The translations under genes were made by a program, and so were the position numbers. DNA of 64,000 nt from Haliotis cracherodii (Eukaryota): positions 31,062,001 through 31,126,000 of the forward strand of contig NW_027266308.1 of assembly GCF_022045235.1 (NCBI RefSeq), given 5' to 3'. Under the pieces are notes generated by a model. It worked only from the letters and a program-made list of their open reading frames with translations, did no database searches and was not told where the DNA came from. This document shows positions 1-12,028 of this stretch, in pieces (positions within the stretch are counted from its first letter, which is position 1; each line of letters begins with the position of its first letter).

Positions 1-103
1 TTTAAACAACAGGTGTTGTATAGAAATGCCGGGTTCTGTTCAATACATGTAAACAACAGGTGAAGCTTAATTCTTGTGTACAGCACATGATATTGCTGGA
101 ATA

Positions 104-1343
104 TGAGGGCTGGTCAAAAAGTTCTAAGCCTGACTAACTTTCAAATATGGGCCATAATAAAGTGAACTAGTCAATGTAGTACATTGTTTGAGTAGTTCAT
201 GGCAAGTGTATTTGGTCTGTTGAGGCCGTTTGTATATTAGTCGCAGCCAGTTGAATGTGATGTGGGTCTAAATGGACACAGAAATGGAAAAGAATGAGTA
301 CCATCATGTTTTTGACTTTAGAGAAAAGTACTCCCCAAGAAATTTATGACCGCATGTCACAAGTGTATTGGGATAAGTGCCCTAGCTATACCTCTGTTAA
401 ACGTTGGGCAGCTATGTTTAAGGCTGGGAGAACAAGCTTTGATGATGACCTTAGGTCTGAACGTCCGTCAACTTCCATCAATGAAGATTAAGATAAAGGA
501 GATAAAAAGATGTTTACTGTCAGATAGATGTATTACCATTGCTGAACTTCAGGAACACCCACGGTCTAAGCCATGGATCATTGACATTATTATTCATGAA
601 CATTTACAGATGAATAAGATATCTGCTTGATAGGTGCCAAAGTTTCTAAAAGAAGTAAAATTGCCAGAGAAAAGTTAGAGCTTATTGAGGAGGATTCCGT
701 CAAATTCAAAAAGAAAAAGAGATTAGTAACGGGAAATGAATAATGGGTCTACCATTATGATCCCGAGTCAAAACGTCAATCCATGGAATGGCACCATTCC
801 ACTTCTCTGACCATGCTGACACCAAAGAAATTCATGTCTTCAAGATCATTGAAGAAAGTTGTGGCCACTGTATTTGGGGATGCAAAGGGTGTGATGCTTG
901 TTGATTACTGAGAAAGTCAAAAGACAATTACCATGCCTACTATCGCCCAAGAGATTCTATAAAAGAAAACCAGTGAGGAATGCTGACTGCTGGAATTCTA
1001 CTACTTCGTGACAATGCCCCTTTTCACCCCTGTCGACATGCAAAGGCTGCTGTGCAACAATGTGAGTTTGAAGAGCCTCCTCACCATACTCACCAGACCT
1101 GGCACCAAGTGATTTCCACCTGTTTCCTTATCTGAAAAAACCCACAATGACCTCAAAGCTGCCGTAAATGGGTTTTTAAGGGTGGCTTCAGAAAACTTCT
1201 TCCTGACTGTAATTGAAAAGCTTGACTATCAATATGAGAAGTGTATTGAAAAGCAGTGAGGTTATGTTGAAAAATGAAATTAAAAACACTTCCACAATTG
1301 TTTGTTATGTTTGTTAGGCTTAGAACTTTTTGACCAGCCCTAG
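104..1343 (+). mobile_element. Degenerate full-length mariner element in intron 5 of countin-like paralog A
   Basis: 28-bp TIRs (tgagggctggtcaaaaagttctaagcct at 104-131; aggcttagaactttttgaccagccctag at 1316-1343) flanked by TA at 102-103 and 1344-1345. Transposase is broken by frameshifts and stops, but the HTH region (ORF 294-491) and the PYSPDLAPSDF motif near 1085-1115 remain. Confidence 0.93.
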
Positions 1344-1470
1344 TACTGCTAAATTAGGCATAAAACCAAACCGACTCACATCTCTGTTATGATTAATGTG
1401 CAGACACTATGCAATGTGTTGTCCATGTGTCCTGACATTTTCCGAGGACAGTTGATTCATGGTGACTTAC

Positions 1471-4400
1471 CAATGGGAAGTCCACTGGGTGGCTGAACAA
1501 CAACAGCTACTTCTCCAGCTCCAGTCCCGTTGTCGGAGGTGTAGGAGTAGCTAACTGTTCTCTTGCCTGAACCATATTGAAGAAACAAATCAGTATTCAT
1601 GAATAATCAAACAAAAACTGCTTTTGGGAGGACTTGATTTTGACTGGTCTATGTAACTTAACCCTATTTAGCCTCCTTCAAGGAACCAGATCCGAAACCA
1701 GGAGATAAAAAAACAGCTTTAAGGCAAAGCATGACAGTTGATTCTACACAAAACCAAACTGCTAAGTTTCAGACAATTCAGTTTCTTTGATTTCAATTAT
1801 TTTGTCTGGCGACATCATCTCCAATGCTGAGCATTATGTTTAGTGCAAAACAGAGGCTGCTTGTGCATCTTCATTTTCATTCAAGGTCCTGCTTTGTTTA
1901 GGTGATTTTTAAGAAATATTTGAGCCCTGTCAACAACATCTACAAAACCTTTCAGCTGAATCCAATAATCTACAGAAAAGCCAAATGTTGTCTCCAATGA
2001 CGGAAATCCATTTACAATCAAACGAAGTATAAGTGGTCAGATGTATTCTAAGATATCTTTAAATGATAGGGGTGGTCAGGTTCCCTGACTTGGTTGATGC
2101 ATGTCATCATATCCCAATTGCGTGGATGTCAATTGCTGGATCGTCTGGTGCAGACTTGATTATTTACAGACAGACGTCATATAGCCAGAATATTGCTGAG
2201 TGCGGCGTTAAACAACAAACAAACAAAATTCAATAATTCCATATTTAAATATGGACGTTTATGGAGGCAACTGATGACATGTTACTGCCTTTTGGTCAGG
2301 ACAAGCTTGTGACAAAGCACTTCTTTCAATATATATACTCACCGCCTAAAGAAACATGAACTATAAACATATAGAGAAGTATGTATGCTAAGAAGAGATG
2401 TTTCCATAGTGTACCAATTAATGACAAAACTAACAATCAGTCAATATCACGTGCAGCATATCGTGATAAGAATAAAGACACTCTGTGGTAACCCGACAAA
2501 CTTTACAGCCTAATCCTAAACAAGACAAATGGTGCATCTCGAGTCATGGATCCTTGAATGAGCATCAGTTCACTCGAAATACCAGTATGTTGTGCATCGA
2601 ACCAATCTAATATCTCTGGAATATGAGTAAGTCTTCATATATTAGCCAAAGTGTAGGGTATTCATTTCTTTTGGTGGTAAGTACACAAACCATCGGAAGG
2701 TTATCATTTATAGAACAAGCATCCTCGAGATTTAACTACAAAAGTTCAGGGCAAAACTATACTTTATTACACTACACATGGGGGTAGAGCAAACCTTATT
2801 TCTTAAACAAGTTCTGGACATTCACTGAAGCCAGCGCAGTTACCAATCACAACATACATTAGCATTTAATCAATCACACAAGATCATATACGGAAGGTTT
2901 ATCTCCTATAGGTATTTTTGACTCCAACTGAAAAGTAATACACATGAGTCGGTCCCTCCAGAGACTAATGTATCCCTGACAAATGGCGTACATACCTTGA
3001 GGTCCAATGGATGGGGTGACGGAGAGCTTTCCGATTTGGGCATCACCACCGTCAAAGATTTGGCACATGGTGAGCAGTTCACAGAAGTAGAATGAATCTA
3101 AGTTAGCCCTGCAGAAGAAATAAGAGTTTCTGTTTCAGTCCCTGTCATTCAAAAGGACCTAAGTCTAGGACAATCAAACTTCCATGCTTTTATACAGGCT
3201 TAGGACTGTTGTGACAGTAAGGTCGCTGTCATGACAATGCTGAAACTTACGGCTTGAGTCTCAAGTTATTCAATCTAATATCAAACTTTAATGCAGAAAA
3301 CACATTTTTTGGAAAATAATCTTTAACAGTGATGTGTATGAGATTTCATGAGCCATTAAATACAGAGTTAAATTACAGTTACATGAGGTATGTCCTTTCT
3401 GCATGTTTAGAAATAGCTTTTCTGTTGTGGAAATGGAAAAATAGACATCCCAAAGGAGTGAGCGTGTTGGGCTTAACACCGCCTTGAACAGAATTCCAGT
3501 TATATCATGGTGTATCAGCCTAATGTAGGAGGAAAGCCTGAAGTGATGCATGTCTCAGATGTTTACCACTTTGGTGAAACCCAAGGGCACAGCAATTGCG
3601 CTGGCAAATCCAGAAACATAATCGAGGTGAACCAGGATTCAAACCCACAATCAGATATTTCTGACAAGCGAAAAGGGACGCAACTCTGCACAGCGAATTG
3701 CGGCACCATACATGACTCAGCTACCTATGTCCCCACATCGCAAAGGACCACATGGTAGTTGGTAGTGGTTTTTATGGTCAAAGGGAGGTAATTGTGTTTG
3801 TACAAGAGTTTACTCCCTTGCCTTTAAGTCAACACAGTGTTTCACTTAAAAATGTGTGCCCTCCATCAAAGGGAGCTAATCGGGCAGGACATCTCAAAAT
3901 TTATGTCCCTTGTTTCAAAGGGAGGTAAGTTTGTTTAGCAAACGGTAAACCGGATTACTTCCCTTTCACCACCAACATCACAGCTTCACAAATCCAGTGA
4001 TTCTTATCGATGTAACAGGCAGGTAAAAAATAAACCGAGTGAACCCGAATAAAGCTGAAATCCTCCGTGTGCGGCCCATGAAACCACACTCGTGACCGTC
4101 AATCAATCATGTATTCTCCTAAATTACAAAACACAGATTAGTGCATGAAAACGTTGACTGAGTTGTCTCCCTTCGACCTTTGACATAACAAGCCCCTTCC
4201 CAGGAAGTGACACTTTCGTTACTCTTCGAATATAATCGTTGCCACTAAACTGGTTCAGTTACGTGAATTAGAACTCAGCGTGCGTGTATGAATATCTCTT
4301 CCTTTATGCGAATCTTTGTGTAACAAAATTGGATTTGGTATGGAAAAACCCCATTGCAAATGACCAAGGGGCAGTCGGTAGTGGTTGTTTATGGTCAAAG

Positions 4401-7400
4401 GGAGGTAATCGTGTTTGTACAAGAGTTAACTCCCTTGTCTTTAACCTCCAAGCTCCTCACATCGATAGTACGTTCCCGGAGCTCTCTATACAATCGCTGC
4501 CACCAGTCAAAACTCCCCACTGTGAATAGGTGGCCACAACCATGCTTGGAGTTGAACTCGCAACTGAATGATCGTTGTGTTTACAAACAAGTGTCGACTG
4601 TCGTGCGCCGAATACACTTATCGCTGCTAAATTACTTTCTTCGTTTGTCAGTTTGAATTTCTGTTTCATTAAAACTATCGTGTTATTGATATAGTAAGAA
4701 TGTAAGCAAGAGGTTGGTTGATTTTCCGTTAGTCTGCAATCTCGAACCAATCTGATTATCAAAACAACAAAGTAAATTCGTCTGGAAAACATGGTCAGTC
4801 GTAAACCTTTTCAAATTGAAATATGATGGCATTCCCAAAGACATAAACAAAAGTATAAACGTTACTACATATGGGGTTGGAGGGCAAATTTCAAGATTCT
4901 TGTAATGGCCGCGCCCACACTGGTGGCAGCGATGTTACCGAGAGTGTAACGAAGGTGTCACGCGCTGGGAAGGAGCTTGTTTAACCTCAATAAAAGGGAG
5001 CTAATCGGCTAGAACATTCTCAGGAGTTATGCCCCTTTGTTTCAAAGGGAGGTAAGTTTGTTTAGCAAAGGATTAAAAGTTACCTCCCTTTGACCACCAA
5101 CATAAGGCTCCACAACGCCAATGATTCTTATCGATGTAGTAGGCAGGTAACGGAATAAACCGAGTAAACTCGAATAAAAACGAAATTGTCCTTGCGCGGC
5201 CCATGAAACCACACCCGTGACCGTCAATCAATCATGTATTCTCCTAAATTACAAAACAGATTAGTGCATGAAACCGTTGATTATCCCTTTTTGACCTTGC
5301 ATGACAAGGCCAATCCCAGCAAGTGACACTTTCGTTAATCTTCGATATCACTGTTGTCACTAAACTGGTTCAGTTACGTGAATTATAACTCAGCGTGCAT
5401 ATTTGAATATTCTTCTCCCTTTATGCTAATCTTTTTGTTACAAAAAATGGATTTGGTATTGAAAAAAACCCATTTCAAATGACCAAGTGGTAGTGGTTTT
5501 ATTTACGGTCAAAGGGAGGTAATCGTGTTTGTACAAGAGTTAACTCCCTTGTCTTTAACTCTGCACAGTGTCTCACTTAAAACTTCACACACGGCGTGTG
5601 CCCTCAATTAAAGGGAGATAATCGCGTGGAACAAATCAAGCGTTATGTCCCTTGTCTCAAAGGGAGGTAAGTTTGTTTCGCAAACGGTAAACAGAATTAA
5701 AGTTTCCACTCAGGGTACACTTCGCTTACTACCTAAGTCTGAAATAAGAGGATGAAACCGATGATTGAGTTGTCTCCCTTTGACCGTTAACCGTTCAAAT
5801 TCCTTCCCAGCGAGTGACATCTTCGTCATTGCTACCACTGAAGGCTGAAGAGGCAAATTTGTCGTCTGGTGTAGTGCATAAATCTATCCGAGATAGAACT
5901 CAGTATACAGAAATCTATCCTACCACGCAGTGCTAACAAATTGCGATTCCAAGTCAAACAGGGTTGGAAGCTCTGAGGTCGCTGTCTCGGACCGGGACAT
6001 TTTACAACGAGCTATGGAAGGGTTTAGAAATGTAGCTTTAATTGTATGACTGTAGAAATATCCCTACACAAAAACTATTAACCCCTTACATTAGAAATTA
6101 AACATTCGTGTTTTGTTTTAAAAATAAGAAAGTTGTGTTTTTCCATGGAAGGCCGGTGAGGGAGGAGAGACGGTGTCCTGATGATGTATCAGTTGTAAAC
6201 CTGATTTAGCACACATCGTACTCAGCTCCGTTGTGTAATCATGCCGTCATACAACCACACTTTTCTGTCCACCCACACACTCATACTGTGTAGCTTGGTT
6301 TCACTCACTTCACAAAGAGCTTAATAAACGCCTGGATACCGGCAAAGTTACAGAGGCGTCCACACATGGCCGCCTGACTCTTGTCACTCAGAGCTGCACA
6401 CAGTTCCGTACAGGAACCAACGACCCCAGAGTCTGCAACAAACAAGTTGCATGTATGAATCCTAAACTTAACCATGATTATTTTATCCTCAAGATTCTTC
6501 AATCTTCACGTGAGAGACAATATGGGTCCACAGATGTGAACTTTGAAACAAGTATAATTGTACCTAGACGCCCTTACTGAGAATGACGTTGAGAAGGTCG
6601 GCACCAGCTTTTCTAGTGAACTGGACGCACGTCTTGCACTTGACGGCTGTTCCCGTGAGCTGATCTTCGGATTCGGCGAAGGCTGGCAGACACTGGACTC
6701 CCGTCAGGGCCGCCAGAAATACTGTGACACCCTACAACATGGTAAGAACCCCTTACAGAATCTCAAGACATCGGGTAAAGAGGAAGCACGAGTCTGAACG
6801 GATTTTCATCACTGGTTTTCAGTGATCTATTCCTATTATTTTCACCAATTCTCGCCCAAAGTAATCTCTTTCGGCAGATAATCAAGACTGATCATTCTTT
6901 GGCGTTGACGTTGTTATGTATTTTATGTATTTATGTTCACTTTGAGAACACTTTAAACGTTTACACCATTTCGTTTTGCTGTAGACCCGTGAAGATCTTG
7001 GGTAGAATAGGTCTTCGGCAACCGATGCTTGCTGTAAAAGGCGACTATGCTTGTCGTAAGAGGCGACTAAAGGGATCGGGTGGTCAGGCTCGCTGATTTG
7101 GTTCATGCATGTCATCGATTCCAATTTTGTGGATCGATGCTCATGATATTAATCACTGAATTGATTGGTCCAGACTCGATTACTTACGGACCACCGTCTT
7201 ATAGCTGGGTTACTGCTGAGTGCGGCGTAAAAGAAAAAAACCAAACATAATCATAAGAAATATCTAAGAATCCCTTGCACGATTCTGACAACATCATAAG
7301 TATGTGTTTATGAATTCCTATAAAAAAGTGACGATGCCAAGAGATCGCGAAACAGTGAGCGTATCCTGCATCATAGGTGACATCCGTCATAAATACATGT

Positions 7401-8049
7401 AAAGGCAAGTCAAGTGCCCACCGGAACAAACACGGGAACACATTGTACAAGGCAAAATAGGAAAATGTATCTGGAAACGCCCTCCATATATACCCTAAAC
7501 TTTACCCATGAATTCATATAATTATACCATTAAGCTACAGAACTGGCATTATCTTTATTAGACATTAATAGCCAGTGACATTCAGAAACGTCTTCTCCAC
7601 TTTTTTCACCCCGTCAGTATGAAGTGTTTCAGAGCCATATTATTAACTTAGCCGTAGTCTGAGATGTCCCAGGTCGACAGTATGACGCTGAAGTCCCCTA
7701 TGAGACACGAGTCATTGCAGACATCTGTCAAATCACACAGCGGAATGAGGACGACATAGAGCACTATCACAATGAATATATTCTTTATCTTGAACTAATT
7801 ATTCGGACTCTAGAGTCGAGAAGGGAGAATGAGCACATTTGATTGAAATTAATCTATTGTGTTGAATAATATGCATATCGTCTATAGAGTTTATATTTGT
7901 TTTTAAATGCAGGTAATCTTGTAACCTATTATTAAAAATTAATCTTATATTCTAAACCCCTTTTCTTTTGTGTCTGAGTAACTATCACCGCGTATAATTT
8001 ATTATTATTTATAACAAAATATCGTTATTGAAATTACCTTGATGTTCAT
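1471..8049 (-). CDS. Countin-like saposin-B domain secreted protein, paralog A (3'-partial; exons 6-7 expected left of the window)
   Basis: Exons 8038-8049, 6578-6731, 6309-6432, 2996-3108 and 1471-1566, all GT-AG and phase-consistent. Protein begins MNIKGVTVFLAALTGVQCLP...CKTCVQFTRKAGADLLNVILNSGVVGSCTELC...CGRLC...FYFCELLTMC. Exon 4 and 5 sizes (113, 96 nt) match paralogs B-D. Confidence 0.88.
2336..2683. mobile_element. Tc1/mariner-type MITE (non-autonomous)
   Basis: Imperfect TIRs tactcaccgcctaaagaaa / tttcttttggtggtaagta with TA ends; no coding capacity. Confidence 0.55.
3731..5830. repeat. About 2.5-3 diverged tandem copies of a ~615-bp unit in intron 3 of paralog A
   Basis: The anchor (a/t)ggtcaaagggaggtaat recurs near 3775, 4391 and 5505, with long collinear identity (e.g. 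3990-4370 vs 5110-5485). Unit 2 is interrupted by the 4449-4979 element. Confidence 0.85.
4449..4979. mobile_element. Non-autonomous DNA element with 9-bp TSD and CA...TG ends
   Basis: TSD tttaacctc at 4440-4448 and 4980-4988. Imperfect TIRs caagctcct...atcgctgccaccagt / actggtggcagcgat...aggagcttg. Confidence 0.8.
6984..7246 (+). mobile_element. SINE-like family 1 (pseudoknot head, no tRNA head), near full length
   Basis: Starts gacccgtgaagatc...ggtagaataggtcttc, has a duplicated atgcttgtcgtaagaggcgact hairpin, and ends in the shared tail atagctgg..tgctgagtgcggcgtaaaa plus A/AAAC. Confidence 0.85.
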
Positions 8050-8148
8050 TGTACGTATACCCCAGCCAGATCTACAGCAAGGAACAGGCACGTGCCAAAG
8101 ATGTTCCTTTATAAAGCCTGATGTACGGAAGCCCAGTAGGGACATTTA
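8050..8148 (-). promoter_or_regulatory. TATA-containing core promoter / 5'UTR of paralog A
   Basis: TATAAAGGAA lies about 60 nt upstream of the ATG. The ~100-bp block aligns with 16836-16935 (paralog B) and 29363-29460 (paralog C). Confidence 0.7.
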
Positions 8149-8168
8149 TTTAACACATAAACGATGCA

Positions 8169-8575
8169 TAATAAAACACTGCAGGGAGAATAAACCACGA
8201 GGGGCGTAGGTGAGCGTATCCTGCATCATCGGTGACATCCATCATAAACACATGCAAAAGCAAGTCCTGTGCCCAGCGGAACAAAAGCGGGAACACATAG
8301 TACAAAGCAACATATAGAATCGCAACTGTTTTATTTAAGGAATAAACGACGAGTGGATGTTGTGTATCGTTTAATAAAACACTGCGGGGAGAATAAACCA
8401 TGAGGGGCGGAGGTGAGTGTATCCTGCATAATCGGTGGCATCCGTCATAAACACATGCAAAGGCAAGTCCAGTGACCACCGTAACAAAAGCGGGAACACA
8501 GTACAAAGCAAAATATAGAATTGCAACTGTGTTATTTAAGGAATAAACGACGAGTGGAAGTTGTTTATCGTACAG
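8169..8575. repeat. 203-bp tandem duplication of a TE-junction sequence
   Basis: taataaaacactgc.gggagaataaacc starts at 8169 and 8372. The inner ~110 bp also occurs at 7356-7462. Confidence 0.8.
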
Positions 8576-9550
8576 TAAAACACTTCACCCCTCGTGGTTT
8601 ATTCTCCCGGCAGTGTTTTATTGTACGACAAACAACGACCACAAGTAATTTGTTTTCTTATATGAGATATCAACATTACATAAGTCTCTTTAAGGATCTT
8701 AGTAAAACTTACTCGCTTTAAAAATATTTACCCGTATTAAATATAATCCGACCGCGACAATGTCGGACAAGTCCATTTTATGAACAGGGGTTAAAATGAG
8801 TCTTTCCCGCATATTTTCGCAATTTTCACGTCGATGATCTCTACCTTTTATCATCCAAAACTGACTCCCACAGGAGATATCGCTTGGATTAAATCAAGCG
8901 ATCGCTGCAATGAAATAACATCACAATGCATTGCAGACCATTGTGACATCACGGGTTACCATGACGTCACAATCAAATGACATCACTAATGGCTCTGCAA
9001 CTGAAGCTGTTAGCAGTAATTTTTACACTGAAATCACTGCTAATTACTGTCCACAAATTGAAAAAGTTTGAAGAATGATGTTGGATGATAAATAAAATCT
9101 GACCCTCGTGTCTTTTGATATCAAATATATCAACACTCGTTGATAAAAGTGGCAATAATCCTCGGCAAGCCTCGGAATTTTTCCACTTTTATCAACTCGT
9201 TTTGATATATTTGATATCAAAAGATACTCGGGTGAGATTCTCTGTTTCTCACAATACCGATTGTCATATAATCCCACTTTTGGAAGCGATCGTTTGGCCA
9301 TTGTTTTATCTACTTTGCCCAGCTTCATCTATTGGTCCACAACTCACAAAACAATTCTCTCTGAAAAATAACGTCGTTCAATTTATGACGTCATCGAGTT
9401 GCGAGCGCATATTTGAATAAAAAATGATGTCATGATAGGACAGTGTTTTATCGTGAAATAAACCTCGCTGCGTTTCTTCATTGTTCTTTGCCACTTATCG
9501 CGTTGGTATCTTATAACATACTAATACAGTATTGTTCCCCTGAATGGACA
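8530..9550. mobile_element. Palindrome-rich non-autonomous DNA element (Crypton-like; class uncertain)
   Basis: Interrupted palindromes at ~8538-8660 and 9102-9233 whose arms keep CTCG/CGAG in direct orientation; no ORF. Confidence 0.45.
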
Positions 9551-10844
9551 TTAAAGCAAACCAACATCCGTCTATGCCTCCGCATGTATATCCCCCTGAC
9601 CATTTGTCTCGTGATCCATATAATTATTTGTTTAACTAGTTTAATCCATTAGTTAGACATTTATATGAAGTTGTATTAACTCATAACTGGTGTCGTCTTC
9701 TAAATGTGTTAATATGTTTAGGTGTTCCTGTGACTACATGTCGACTTGTCTTTCTGTCCTATCATTTTTATCTGCGGGTCTTTACAGTAACAATTACATG
9801 AAGTCTATAGTAACTGACCTGATGTATGCCTTTATCATATTTATGCCTATTGCAGCAAACCGAACCCTCGTTTCGTAGCTCACCTGCTCAGTCACTACTG
9901 CGATATTTGTGTCTCCCGAAAGAGTATATAACTTTTAAAACTTAAATATAAACTAATTTATCAGGGAAAAGGGAATTAAATAATGTCCATATTGAGCAAT
10001 TATTAAACGAGGCTTTGAACGTTTATTTTGTCTTTTGAATGTCTTTTAGAGGTTTGTGGTACTACACAGATTCTATATAGCGATGTCAACCTTTTCTTGA
10101 TGTATGGCTTGACGTGTCGGGTCGGCTCTTTCTCCCTTCTACTGCTTTCTGTGCCAGACGTCATGTTGAACTTCGAACCTAATACACTAGCATAGAGTTT
10201 CAGTACCCAATAACAACCGCGTTATATCTGACAACACACTCTTCGTATATATCTTATTGTATGCTGGATGCACCACATCTGCATCACCCACTAAGGGACA
10301 CAAAGCAGGGATGTTATCTAGAACTACAGAGGTATATACTATGTAATGTCAGTTTTCGCTTTGATCATAATTGCGGGGATTGACCATGCCCATGACGTTA
10401 ATCACTGGATTATCTGGTCCAGACTCAATTATTTACAGACCGCCGTCATATAGCTAGAACATTACTGAGCGTGGCGTTAAACAACGAATGAACAAACAAA
10501 CATAACCGACCTGACGTATAGACATGTTATTGTTATAGGATGTGCACGTATGTGTACGCTGTTGATGATACGTGTTGGAAGCATACAAAACAGTACGTAA
10601 AGGTATCACAACACTATAACCAAATCATTTGGTGATGCGTATTCAACAAATTATAACAACGAACAAACACATAATGTCTTTCGAATTATTTCCATTTATT
10701 TAATATGTTGTTGTATGAGTAAATGCAACCCTTTTTAAGAAAATATGTATACACACTTCTATTGATGAGTGCGGCGTTTAACAATATTCACTCACATTCC
10801 ACCATGATCTATTTTGCACATCGCCTCTGAGCGGTGACGTAAGG

Positions 10845-11106
10845 TGATTAACGTGTGTGCGTGTACCAGTCCTGAATAATGCCGATTTTTATACTGCGAA
10901 CCCACAGAGATACCATGCCGCAGTTTTAATATGAATACCCCTCTCAGACAGAATCAAGCCGACCAGACCTTGATTTAGCCCCTTAATGCCGAGCGCCAGG
11001 CACGGTATCCATCTATTAACGTCTATTGGTATGATGCGGCCGGGGATCGAACCCACGACCTTTCGCTCTCCGGACAGACGCTCTGGCACTAGACCACGGA
11101 GGCGGT
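10845..11106 (-). mobile_element. tRNA-derived SINE family 3 (Meta-domain-like)
   Basis: Reverse complement has A box tggtctagtgcc, B box ggttcgatccc, and the central cataccaatagacgttaa...cctggcgctcggcattaaggg block. Confidence 0.75.
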
Positions 11107-11360
11107 CGCCATTAGCTATATATATATGATCTCATAAATGACAGCACAAGCTTTTATTACCAGTGATGACACCAGGTGTTCCCGAAAAGGACAAGCATGT
11201 CCTGCTTTACCGGTAAGAAATGCTTACAGAAATATAATTCAATAATCAAACATGGCCACCAAAGTAGTAATATGGAAAATGTACTAGTATGTATTTATCT
11301 TGACGCAGAAGGTTCGAATGTGAACGTGCATTACGAATGTGTTACATCTGCGTTTCATGC

Positions 11361-11700
11361 GGACAGCCTCCTTGGTGTAATGTATAGAGCGTCTGCCCGG
11401 AGAAAGGAAGGTCCGTGGTTCGATCCCCGCCCGTGCCATACCAAATACGTTAAAGGTTTGTACTTGTCACCCTGCCTGGTGCCGGTATTAAAAGGGATAC
11501 AACAAGGAGGTCGTCTCGGAGTCAGTATACTATGTCTGAGTGAGGTATCCATGTTGAACTGGGTTAGCACTTTAAAGCCGGAAATAGTCCGGACTAGTAC
11601 AAGCAGACACACACACACACATTTCGTGCTTGCTCGTGGCTATATAAGTGCAATCACCTTGAACGCGACGTAAAACCCCATTTCACCTCACCTCATCTCA
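11361..11700 (+). mobile_element. tRNA-derived SINE family 3 (Meta-domain-like)
   Basis: B box ggttcgatccc, central cataccaaatacgttaaa block, an (AC)n tract and a (cctca)n tail; homologous to 50236-50563. Confidence 0.78.
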
Positions 11701-12028
11701 TCTTCATGGTTTCGCCAAAATAGCCATTTTGAAAAAGTAATTTTGGTCCACCATTTAGCTAATGTTCATGCATCAATGTATATATACAATGTGTATACTA
11801 AATACTTTTCTACTAGCGATGGTATAAGAGATGTGTACAATAAGCTTTGCGCGTTTAGTTTACCTTTGCATGAGTTTGTTTAAACTCAGTTTAACTTCAA
11901 TTTTGTCTGAATGTTGCAAATTGGCAGAGATCCAGAGGAATCATCAGAACATAATGGCTCTTGTACAACATATACATTAAGACGAAAGACACATTTTCTC
12001 ATCTATTCCACCATACACCCGTACTTGT

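Noticed and set aside
10845-11700. Head-to-head family-3 SINE pair as a functional dsRNA
   Set aside because: The copies are visibly diverged and there is no evidence that one transcript spans both.
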